DNA from: Pelagomonas calceolata
Taxonomy: Eukaryota
Assembly (NCBI GenBank): GCA_918797485.1
Contig: CAKKNE010000006.1
Span: forward strand, 806,001-870,000
DNA: 64,000 nt
Reading direction: 5' to 3'
This document shows, one piece after another, positions 11,487 to 20,065 of this stretch (its first letter is position 1; every line of letters begins with the position of its first letter). The notes beneath the pieces were generated by a model that had not been told where the DNA came from, did no database searches, and saw only the letters and a program-made list of their open reading frames with translations. A program made the translations under genes and the position numbers.

Positions 11487-12273
11487 GTCTCCGAGCTCGT
11501 CAGTCCAAAGCCTTGAGCAGCGGCGCGTGCTCTCGGGCTACGTGATGACCGACAGCAACATAAAAACGGCCGTCACGGCGTGGCTCGCGGACGCGACTGC
11601 TGCCGAGGCGACGTACGGCCACATTTCTACGTGGGGCACGTCGGGGGTGACCGACATGTCGTATTTGTTTTGCTCGGGTTATGATGCGACCCATCGGCCT
11701 CTCTGCAACAACGCCGCGTCGTCCTTTAACGAGGACATCGGCGCGTGGGACACCTCGGGCGTCAAGACCATGTACGCGATGTTCAGCTCAGCCTCGGTGT
11801 TCAACCAGGACATCGGTGATTGGGCGGTCGACGGCGTCACGAATATGAGCGAGATGTTTGTCTACGCCTCGGCCTTTAACCAGGACCTCAGTGGTTGGGC
11901 GGTCCACAGCGTCAGAAAAATGAAATTCATGTTCCACAGCGCCTCGGCCTTTAACCAGGACATAAGTGGTTGGGCGGTCGACAGCGTCACGGATATGTAC
12001 GCCATGTTCTACGAAGCTTCGGCCTTCGACCAGAACCTCGGCTGGTGCGCGGCCGACGGCGTGGACCTGGGCGCTGCGTTCGACGGCACTCCGTGCGCGT
12101 ACACGTGCGGCGTCGGAAGGGGCCAATTTTTGGCTGCGAGCGGCAGCTGCGAGTCCACTCCCGCGCCAACTGCTTACTGGGATGGCGTGCATCACACGGA
12201 CGTCAGCATCCGCACGGCCGTCGCGGCTTCAGGCGTCGGCGTCGCGCTCCTCGTGCTCGCGCTCGCCACGTGA
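11464..12273 (+). CDS. DUF285/BspA-like repeat surface protein (5' end unresolved; in-frame ATG at 11545)
   Basis: YGHISTWGTSGVTDMSYLF, repeated FNQDIxxWAVDxVTxMxxMF units and a C-terminal hydrophobic anchor. Confidence 0.8.
   Translation, partial: KVPSKTNESPSSSVQSLEQRRVLSGYVMTDSNIKTAVTAWLADATAAEATYGHISTWGTSGVTDMSYLFCSGYDATHRPLCNNAASSFNEDIGAWDTSGVKTMYAMFSSASVFNQDIGDWAVDGVTNMSEMFVYASAFNQDLSGWAVHSVRKMKFMFHSASAFNQDISGWAVDSVTDMYAMFYEASAFDQNLGWCAADGVDLGAAFDGTPCAYTCGVGRGQFLAASGSCESTPAPTAYWDGVHHTDVSIRTAVAASGVGVALLVLALAT
11725..12045 (+). repeat. 75-bp (25-aa) coding tandem repeat of DUF285, about 4.3 units
   Basis: Units begin tt(t/c)(a/g)ac at 11725, 11800, 11875, 11950 and 12025. Confidence 0.85.
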
Positions 12274-12543
12274 TCACCTCTCCCTTCCTCGCGCCGCCAA
12301 GTTCGAGGCGTCCCCGCAACAACTCGCCCCTGAACATATCCCCCCCCGTCGTAAAAAAATCGATTACTAGTACTATCACGCCGCAGTCGAACAACAAGAC
12401 ACACTTAGAAGACCCACTGGTCCGCGAGCGGCACGTAGCGCGTCGCGCCCCGCGCCTCGTCCGGCGACGTATAGCTCCGCGCCGCCTGGGGGGGGGGGGC
12501 GCCGTGCCGAGCCAGCAACTCCGGTGGATAAGTAGTAACATGA

Positions 12544-14348
12544 TTAGATCTGGGGGCGCTCGACGCCGAACTCGGCCACGAGCCGGTCGATGCGCGCGTT
12601 GTCCGCGTGGAGCGGGATGCCGTTGACGCCGCGCGCCCTGATCAATTCGATCGCCGCGCGGGCCGCCGCCTGGTGCTCCTCCACGGCGTCCTCTCCAGTG
12701 GTCACGCTTCGAATGATGGCCACGGCGTCGTCGTCTGTCGGAGCGTGGACGGCCCGGGCGGCCCGGAACCGGGCCAGCATGGCCGGATCTGCCCTCACGA
12801 TCTCCCCGAACCGCCGGGCTTCGGCCATAAGCCTTTCCTCCTCGGCCCGCAAGTCTGGCACGTCCTCGACGCCAAATTCGGCCGCGAGGCGGTCGATGAG
12901 CGCAATACTCCCTATCGTATGTTCCATGCCGGCGCCGAGGTTGCCGCGGCTGGCGAGATCGTCGATCGCCACACGCGCGGCAGCTCGTTGCTCGTCGACG
13001 TCGTCGAAGGCGCTCCGGATGGCAGCCACCGCGGCATCATCTGTCTCCGCCGCGATCGCGGCATCAGCGGCAGCCGAGACTGCCGCTATATCTATGCCAT
13101 CGTCCTCCTCATCATCCGCCTGGGCCTGGGCGCCCGCCTGCGCTCGAGCTTCGTGCTCGCGCTGGAACTCCCGGAATTCATCCTCGTAGACCTCAAATAT
13201 CCGATCGGCGACCGGCGCGACTTCTGCTAGTGTAAAAGACGTCATGGCCTCGAGCTCCGGACGCCAAGCCGGCGTCAGCTTGAGATTGCGACGAGCAACT
13301 AACAACACCGCAGCAGCCAATTTGGCGGAAGGTACTTTATCCCCAGAGAACTCTCTATGTTGCAAACACATGCTACAAAAGAAGCAACACCATTTTTGCA
13401 CATACAAAAACAATCGTTCCACTCGTACCTCATCATTGACCGGCTGGTTCCGGTGGTGGTCCGCCAGCACGTCTGTACTTTCGGGATACAGGGGTCTTTT
13501 ACTGACGTATATCCGTAAGAAATGTAAGGGTGTTGGGGCTAGTATTCTCCACCCTATATGTTGCCTGACGTATAATTCACACTCCCTCGCATCACTCTGG
13601 CGGCACTGCTGCGCAAATAAGTCCGGCACGGCCTTCTCTAGTAGTGCTGAAGAGGGCTCTTGTACGTTGTGAGCGTCCGCCGCCACTCTGAGAGCTCCAA
13701 CACACAGATAGGCCGCTCTACTTCTTAGGGTTTTGGCCGTCCAGGCCTTTTCGTCTGAAGAAGCGTGCGGCAGCAGCCAGATCAGGTCCACGAGCTTCGC
13801 CGCCTGTGTGTGATATGTATCGAGTCGCGATCTCGCCCGAAATGCGCTCAAAATCATGAGACCACTCACGGCCTCGTCTGACGGAGGCGAGTCGCGTCGA
13901 TGGCGTATGATCTCAGAAAGGCCACGGGACGCCGCAATCAGACGTGATGAGCTACGACTAACTGCAATTCGCACCGCTCCGCGAGACCGTGCAGCGAGTC
14001 GACGACGGCCCGCCGGTACTGGTTCCACCACCTGCTTTGACATGGTCTAGCTCCAGTGGGAGGGCCCTTCTCCTGGACGGGTACCTCGTTGCGAATAGCT
14101 CGATCTACAAGTGCTAGAGTCGTCTCGAGGGGCTCTTCATCAATAATCGCATGCTGCAACACTCGAATAATCACGGAATGGGGCATCGCATTCCTCAAAC
14201 ATCTCAATGTGGCCGACGCGAGCTGCCTTTCTGATAATGGTAACAAGTGGCCCCACGATCCGAGGGCGCCCGGCTGCCTCGTTAATAGCCGCGCGGGCGT
14301 CGGCGCGGGCGGGCTTTCTCCTAATAAGAGTTTGGCGGGGTCGTTCAT
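12544..14348 (-). CDS. Cyclin-like protein with a duplicated acidic C-terminal extension; complement(join(12544..13803,13944..14348))
   Basis: Cyclin-N YRRAVVDSLHGLAERCELQLVVAHH-AAKLVDL, ECELYVRQHIGWRILAPTPLHFL; cyclin-C PSAKLAAAVLLVARRNLKLTPAWRPELEAMTSF. Start codon uncertain. Confidence 0.8.
13804..13943 (-). other. Spliceosomal intron, family B (GT-AG)
   Basis: cac|gtctgattgcggcgtcc...cacacacag|gcg on the minus strand; contains cgccatcgacgcgac. Confidence 0.8.
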
Positions 14349-14574
14349 TTTTTTTTCCTAGCGTCGACGGCGTGCTCACGCGCGTGTTCCGCGGCGCCGC
14401 GTCCAGTCGCGCCGACGGGGGGCTGTTTTGGTTTTGCGTCTGTAGCGCGTCTGCTGAGCCGCGCGGGCTGGATTTTTCGCTGCAGGCGTTGAGTGTTGGT
14501 AGTTTGCTAAAGTTTTCACTGTGTAACTCTTCCAGCGGAGCTGAGCTTCGAGCCAAAATGGTGCCCGAGGCGCT

Positions 14575-14600
14575 TTGCTAGTGCCTTACCCTACGCTAGC
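14575..14600 (-). promoter_or_regulatory. Recurrent upstream motif copy (cyclin/RRM divergent gap)
   Basis: ttgctagtgccttaccctacgctagc. Confidence 0.55.
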
Positions 14601-14837
14601 TCTGCATCGCGCCGCGGACTCGCTTTTGTCGCACTAGTGGCCCCTGCTGCCCTAAGGAGCGTCCAGGAATACGATTATAAGACACGGCTGCTGCGTGAGC
14701 CCTGACACCCGCCCCGCGTGCGAAGAGGCTCGGTAGCCATAAGCTAAGGAAGCTCGCCGCCGCCGCGACGCGCCGCGAGCCGCGCGCCAGGCGCCTGCGC
14801 ATTGCTCAGCACCAGACGCCGGAGACGCTAGACGACG

Positions 14838-16565
14838 ATGTACGGCGGAGGCTACGGCCGGCCCCCGCCCCAGCAGTACGGCTACGGCCAGCCCCAGTAC
14901 GGAGCCCCACCACCCCAGTACAACTACCCACCGCAACAATACGGGGCGCCGCCGCCCCCGCAATACGGCCAGGGCGCCTACGGCTACGGAGTACAACCAC
15001 CGATCGCCCCCAAAGTACCAACAGGTAAGATTGAGGATGTGAAGTCGTTATGGTTGGGCGAGGTGCAGCCGGACTGGACCGAGGAGTACGTGCGTTCCAT
15101 CTACGCCGAGTGCGGGAAAAGATTTAACGTGAAACTTTTGAGGGACCGCGCGACGGGCCAATCGCAAGGTTATGGATTTTTGGAGTTCGAGAGCCACAAA
15201 GACGCCGAGGAGGTCCTCAACCTCTACCGAGATAAACCAATACCAGGAACACCTTTTAAATGCGCCTTGAAGTGGGGCGGCGGCCACGGCAACGCGCCGG
15301 CCAAGAACTCGGAGTGGCGGGCCCATACGCCTGCTGGGTACTCTGGTCCTCCAGTACAAACTGATTTCAGCATTTTTGTCGGCGATCTGGACTACAACGT
15401 GACCGAGGAGACGCTGCACAACACCTTCGCGAAGAAGTACCAGTCGATTATCTCCACTAAATTAGTCGTAGACATGTCTACTGGATTATCGAAAGGCTTC
15501 GCGTTCATCAAATTCTCCTCGTCAAATGACCGGGACAAGGCCATGAACGAGATGCACGGCCAATATGTGGGCGAGCGGGCCATTCGCGTCACTCTAGCTA
15601 CTACAAGGGAAGAGCGAGAAAGGGAAGCGAAGATGCGCGGCGAGCAGCAGTTCTACGATCCCTCTCGCGTCCATGCTCCTCGCGCGACCGAAGAAGGCGA
15701 GAACACGTGTGTCTTCGTCGGTGGTTTAGATGAAAGCGTTTCTCCAGACATGCTGCGGCACCACTTCGGGTTACTTGGTGATATTGCCTACATTAGGATC
15801 CCTCCGGGGCGAGGGTGCGGCTTTGTGGGGTTCGTGCATCGCAAGAACGCGGAAGCTGCAATCTCTACCTTACAGGGTTTGAGAATTAACGGCTATAAAG
15901 TAAGATTGTCGTGGGGTTCCATGAGGCAAGGGCCGAAGAACGCCAGAGTCGCGCAACAAGCTGCCGCTGCTCGCGCCGCGGCGCTGGCGGGCAAACCTTT
16001 AACATCGCAAGCGAGGGAGCTCCTCGGCCAGACGGCCGGAGGCATCTTGCCGATGGTGACGCAGATAAAAAAGGAGCGGAAAACGCCCTTCGGGACCCTC
16101 ACGAACGACTACGTCGAGAAGCTACCTGAACCTAGACAACCGTGGCCGCCGCCTCCGTCATCTGCAGCTCAAGCTGTGGTGCCGCCTCCTTTACCTCCCA
16201 AGAAGGCTACCGTATCAGTACCTGTCTCGCCGTATGTCGCTCAATTGAAAGCACGATATGACGCCTACAACGCCGCCGGCGGGAAGCCTACCGTTGCCAA
16301 GGAGACTGATACCGTGGAACGGGCGCCGGGCGCGGCCTTCTCACTCGCTTCGCGACGCTCTGAGAGACCAGCGAAAGCGCCTCGTTTACAAGGCGATGTA
16401 CTAGATGAGGAGAACCGTCTCTATGCGACGAACGTGCTCAAGCCCTCTCTCCTATCTCTGAGTGCCGCCTTTTTAGCGGTACCACGACCTAAACCAGCCG
16501 TCGACGCGTCGGATCCGGTGAAGGCGACGCCCATGGAGACGTTCCTAGCTAAAGAAGCGAAGTAA
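14838..16565 (+). CDS. Three-RRM RNA-binding protein (RBP45/RBP47/Nam8-like)
   Basis: SLWLGEV..QGYGFLEF, SIFVGDL..KGFAFIKF, CVFVGGL..RGCGFVGF; Q/P/Y/G-rich N-terminus. Confidence 0.9.
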   Translation: MYGGGYGRPPPQQYGYGQPQYGAPPPQYNYPPQQYGAPPPPQYGQGAYGYGVQPPIAPKVPTGKIEDVKSLWLGEVQPDWTEEYVRSIYAECGKRFNVKLLRDRATGQSQGYGFLEFESHKDAEEVLNLYRDKPIPGTPFKCALKWGGGHGNAPAKNSEWRAHTPAGYSGPPVQTDFSIFVGDLDYNVTEETLHNTFAKKYQSIISTKLVVDMSTGLSKGFAFIKFSSSNDRDKAMNEMHGQYVGERAIRVTLATTREEREREAKMRGEQQFYDPSRVHAPRATEEGENTCVFVGGLDESVSPDMLRHHFGLLGDIAYIRIPPGRGCGFVGFVHRKNAEAAISTLQGLRINGYKVRLSWGSMRQGPKNARVAQQAAAARAAALAGKPLTSQARELLGQTAGGILPMVTQIKKERKTPFGTLTNDYVEKLPEPRQPWPPPPSSAAQAVVPPPLPPKKATVSVPVSPYVAQLKARYDAYNAAGGKPTVAKETDTVERAPGAAFSLASRRSERPAKAPRLQGDVLDEENRLYATNVLKPSLLSLSAAFLAVPRPKPAVDASDPVKATPMETFLAKEAK

Positions 16566-16576
16566 TACACAAACTT

Positions 16577-17272
16577 TTAGTCACAGCCCCAGAGCCCCTC
16601 ACTATACCCGAACGTGCCGAAGTAGCGGTCGCCGAAGTCTCCCAGCCCGGGCACGATGAACTTCTGGTCGTTCAGCCCCGCGTCGACGGCGCACGTCACG
16701 ATCTTCACGTCTGGGGCCTCGCTCGCCAAACGCCGCAAACCCTCCGGACAACTCACGACGTTCGCGAAGACTACTCGCTCGTCCCGGACGCCCGCCTGCC
16801 GGAGCACGCCGAGGGCCATCATCGCGGAGCCGCCCGTCGCGAGCATCGGGTCGCACAAGACGACGTTTTTCTCTCCGATGCCCGGCGGCAGCTTGCTGTA
16901 AAGTAACGACGGCAGAGCCGTCTCCTCGTCGCGTTGTACTAATATTTTTGCGGTGCCGGCGCCCGGGCAAACGCGCCGCACGGCCTCCTGGAGGATGCCG
17001 CCGCTCCGCACAATGTCGACAACGACGACGTCGCCGTCGGGCGGACAGATCATTCCCGTCGTCGGCCCGCAAGGCGTCATTATCGGTGCGTTGTCCAGGA
17101 CGTCCGGGAGCAGCGCCAGCGCTTCCTCAGCCAGGATCGAGCACAGTCGGTCCGCCGCGGCGACAAATGCTTGTTGCGTCGTCCCTTTGGCGCGCAGCGT
17201 CGTGAGCAGCATGCGTAGGGCGCGGCTTTCGAGCCGTATGGCATTCTTGTTGTACTGCTTCGCGTGTTCCAT
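16577..17272 (-). CDS. UPRT: Uracil phosphoribosyltransferase
   Basis: KILVQRDEET, YSKLP, LCDPMLATGGS, FIVPGLGDFGDRYFG. Confidence 0.95.
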   Translation of the reverse strand: MEHAKQYNKNAIRLESRALRMLLTTLRAKGTTQQAFVAAADRLCSILAEEALALLPDVLDNAPIMTPCGPTTGMICPPDGDVVVVDIVRSGGILQEAVRRVCPGAGTAKILVQRDEETALPSLLYSKLPPGIGEKNVVLCDPMLATGGSAMMALGVLRQAGVRDERVVFANVVSCPEGLRRLASEAPDVKIVTCAVDAGLNDQKFIVPGLGDFGDRYFGTFGYSEGLWGCD

Positions 17273-17500
17273 CTTGATTAACGATTTATGCGCTCGATAT
17301 TCAGCGGCCTCGCAGGGCTGCGCGCGCCGCGCCGCTGGGGCCCAAAAGCTCTGGAGAGGCGCGTGTGGTACCCGAGGCCACCCTGATTAATTCTGGGCGT
17401 CAGCGGGGACGAATGCGCTGAGCTAGAGCCGACCTGTGCCAGGTGCTCTCCAGGCTCTCCCTGCTGTAAAGGCCAAAAACTCACCGCCAGCACCGCACAA

Positions 17501-18214
17501 ATGCTGATGCGCGCGATTGTTGCTTTGCAGCTCGCGGCGGGCATCGCTGCGGCGCCGCAGACCACAACAGAATGGCTGCGCAGCGAGGCGGGAAGCGTCT
17601 GGACCAGCATCACCACAGACCCATTTGTGCACCAGCTCGCCGACGGGACGTTGCCGAACGCGACGTTGGCGCGGTATTTAGTCCAGGATCATAAATTTGT
17701 GGATGCTTTCATGGTTTTGCTCGCGAGCATGGTGGCCCACGCGCCGACGCTCGAGGACCGCGTGCCGGGCGCCAGATTTCTCGGCCTGATCGCCGGCGAC
17801 GAGAACAGCTACTTCCTACGCTCATTCGACGCGCTCGGCCTGTCGGAAGCCGAAATAAATGCGCCGCCCGCACCGGTCACGAAGCGCTTCGACGCCCTGA
17901 TGCGGAGCGCGGCGGCCTCGGGCAAGCTCCACGAGATGCTCGCCGTTTTAGTGGTAGCTGAGTGGAGCTACCTCACCTGGGGCGAAGCGGCAAAGCCCGT
18001 CGCCGGCCTCTCGTGGCTCCACCTCGAGTGGATCGACCTGCACCGCGGCGACTACTTCGCGAGCGTCATCGCGTACCTGCGCGGCCAGCTCGACGCGCTC
18101 GAGCTGACGGCGGCGCAGCGTGGCGAGGCGCGGGCCGCGTTCCTCGAGGCCGTCGCCTGCGAGAAGGCGTTCTGGGAGATGGCCCGCAACGGGGATGGTG
18201 GCGGCGAGCTCTGA
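17501..18214 (+). CDS. tenA: TenA/THI-4 family protein (TenA_E-like) with signal peptide
   Basis: PFVHQLADGTL..YLVQDHKF, VAEWSYLTWG, EWIDLH, EKAFWEMA. Confidence 0.88.
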   Translation: MLMRAIVALQLAAGIAAAPQTTTEWLRSEAGSVWTSITTDPFVHQLADGTLPNATLARYLVQDHKFVDAFMVLLASMVAHAPTLEDRVPGARFLGLIAGDENSYFLRSFDALGLSEAEINAPPAPVTKRFDALMRSAAASGKLHEMLAVLVVAEWSYLTWGEAAKPVAGLSWLHLEWIDLHRGDYFASVIAYLRGQLDALELTAAQRGEARAAFLEAVACEKAFWEMARNGDGGGEL

Positions 18215-18258
18215 GAGATTGTCTAATGTGCAAGTTTTAAGGTTAGTAGTAGGTCTGC

Positions 18259-18747
18259 TCACGTCGAGTGCGTCGTCGGGGACGCCGTCGCCGCGGCGGC
18301 CTCCTCGTGCTCCTCCGCGCCGGACGCTGAATCGTAATCACTGGTGTACATGCGCTGGGGAACGGCCTCTGGATCGGTTCGCTTGAGGCCGATCGCGGCG
18401 GGACCCTCCAGGACAAAATCGGCGATCCGCATCTCTACGGCGACGTCGGCCGGGAAATCTTCGCCGTAGCCCAAGATGCCCGGCGGTCCTTGAGTGTGGA
18501 GTCGCTGGAGCGTCGCCGCCCATTCGTCGGAGGTCTGGCCCGAGAGGCTCGCGAGGGCCGAGTCCCAGATGTTGCGCTGGCGGATACACGCTGCAGTCTT
18601 GTGCGCCATCATTTCGCAGGTCAGCGTGTGGCCCACGCCGTTGGGGACGATCGGAATCGTGGGAAAACTTTCGCACGGCGGCTCGCTCGTACTGACGCGC
18701 GCCGAAACTCCCGTTCGGTCGTAGACAATCCCGACGCTACAAAACAA
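18259..18747 (-). CDS. Hypothetical protein or gene remnant (start unresolved)
   Basis: Protein-like ORF with GC3-rich codons; its 5' end runs into an opposite-strand TPR-like fragment. Confidence 0.3.
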   Translation of the reverse strand: MFCSVGIVYDRTGVSARVSTSEPPCESFPTIPIVPNGVGHTLTCEMMAHKTAACIRQRNIWDSALASLSGQTSDEWAATLQRLHTQGPPGILGYGEDFPADVAVEMRIADFVLEGPAAIGLKRTDPEAVPQRMYTSDYDSASGAEEHEEAAAATASPTTHST

Positions 18748-18912
18748 GACCTACGCGGAGCCAAAGGAGAGCTCGAGGATCTATTGCGGACGACGCGCCG
18801 CGTGTTTGGTACATCTCATCCGCGGTTTGAGATTGTCCAGGACGCCATAGAGAAGGCAAATGAGAATATCGAGACTCGGAGGGCAAATGTACGACTAAGT
18901 CTCGGAATCTAG
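18727..18912 (+). pseudogene. Fragment of a kinesin-light-chain-type TPR repeat family
   Basis: ATKQDLRGAKGELEDLLRTTRRVFGTSHPRF resembles the RRVLGxxHP TPR motif; no credible start. Confidence 0.45.
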
Positions 18913-18927
18913 ATAAACAAAAATACA

Positions 18928-19641
18928 TCACAACACCCCGTCGACACGCCCCCCATGAATAAGCTCCGCCACAACACCTGCCAGCGCCGTGATCGCGCCG
19001 TTGCAGAACTCCAGTTTCTTGAGCTCGCGCGGCGCGACCCAGCGCGACCCCGCGGCCTCGTCGTCGAACTGGAGCGGAGCGTCGCTCGGGATGCGGTAGA
19101 AGAAGAGCGCCGTTGCCTGGAGGTCTCTGCGCGCGACGTCGTCGTACGCCACCTTCACGAGGTACGACGTGCCCGGCGCCAGATTGATTAACCCAGGGTC
19201 GTCATCATCTATGCTCAGGCCCAGTTCTTCCCTCAAAGCTCTCGCTGCCGTCGTCCGCCAGGGCTCCTCGGGGTTCGAGTGTTCGCCGACGAGGCCCCAG
19301 GCGCCCGGACACGTCTTCATTTTCATTGAGCGGTGCAGGAGCAGGATCTCGTCGCCGTGTGCGCCGCGCCTGGCCACAGCGAGCCATAGCCCGCGGTGAA
19401 ACAGCCCTTCCGCGTGCGCGGTGCTAATTGGGACGGTGGTTTTTCGCGAGACGATGCGCGCGTCGTCCAGCTGGTCCAGGTTATGCATGCCTTCGAAATC
19501 AACCCAGTTATTGCGGCCGTCATAGCTGTAAATTGCTACGTCCGGGTGATGCTCATCGCTTGTGTGCCACAGCCGCACGAAGACGAGCAAGCATGTCAGG
19601 AACGCGGCGGCGGCTCGCGTTGAACGGTTGAGCCTCGCCAT
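18928..19641 (-). CDS. Nudix hydrolase (IPP-isomerase-like) with N-terminal anchor
   Basis: AHAEGLFHR, LLLHRS..KTCPGAW, GEH..EEPWRTTAARALREELGL. Confidence 0.85.
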   Translation of the reverse strand: MARLNRSTRAAAAFLTCLLVFVRLWHTSDEHHPDVAIYSYDGRNNWVDFEGMHNLDQLDDARIVSRKTTVPISTAHAEGLFHRGLWLAVARRGAHGDEILLLHRSMKMKTCPGAWGLVGEHSNPEEPWRTTAARALREELGLSIDDDDPGLINLAPGTSYLVKVAYDDVARRDLQATALFFYRIPSDAPLQFDDEAAGSRWVAPRELKKLEFCNGAITALAGVVAELIHGGRVDGVL

Positions 19642-19833
19642 TGATGCTTCGCTCCAACGCGCGCCGCTTTAGCTTGTTTCACTGCCAGCACTCATTGGCA
19701 CTGCTGCTGGCCCTCTAGCAATACGTAAGCGATTGATCGATCGTGGTCTGATTTGTACCGTCACAGTGCACTACTTTCGTGCCTTTGGCTTGATCGTCAA
19801 GCCCTGCTTTGCGCTTTGCGCCTCGCGCTCGGG

Positions 19834-19860
19834 GCTAGCGGTGTAAGACACTAGCAAGCA
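19834..19860 (+). promoter_or_regulatory. Recurrent upstream motif copy (Nudix/PPR divergent gap)
   Basis: gctagcggtgtaagacactagcaagca. Confidence 0.6.
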
Positions 19861-20065
19861 AGCAGGCTCGAGCGCAGCGCAGCAAACACCGGCGCCAGAA
19901 CCCGTGCGGCACGCCTGTGCATGCATTTGTAGCCCTCCGGTGCGCACAACTCGCTGCGAACGGCTGAAAGCGCGCGTAGCACAAGCCACGTCTCGGAGAG
20001 CCCCTGCAAGCTCAGGCGGCAGCGCTGCGCCATCACGCCGGCGCCGCGCGGCGGACCGTCGAAAC

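Noticed and set aside
12488..12499. Poly-G run
   Set aside because: An isolated homopolymer without supporting structure.
17350..17410. TPP-riboswitch-like words upstream of TenA (ctggaga..tacccg..ccctgat.taat..gcg..ggga)
   Set aside because: There is no intact CUGAGA and no P5 stem between CUGAU and UAAU. An Infernal RF00059 search would settle it, but by eye it does not fit.
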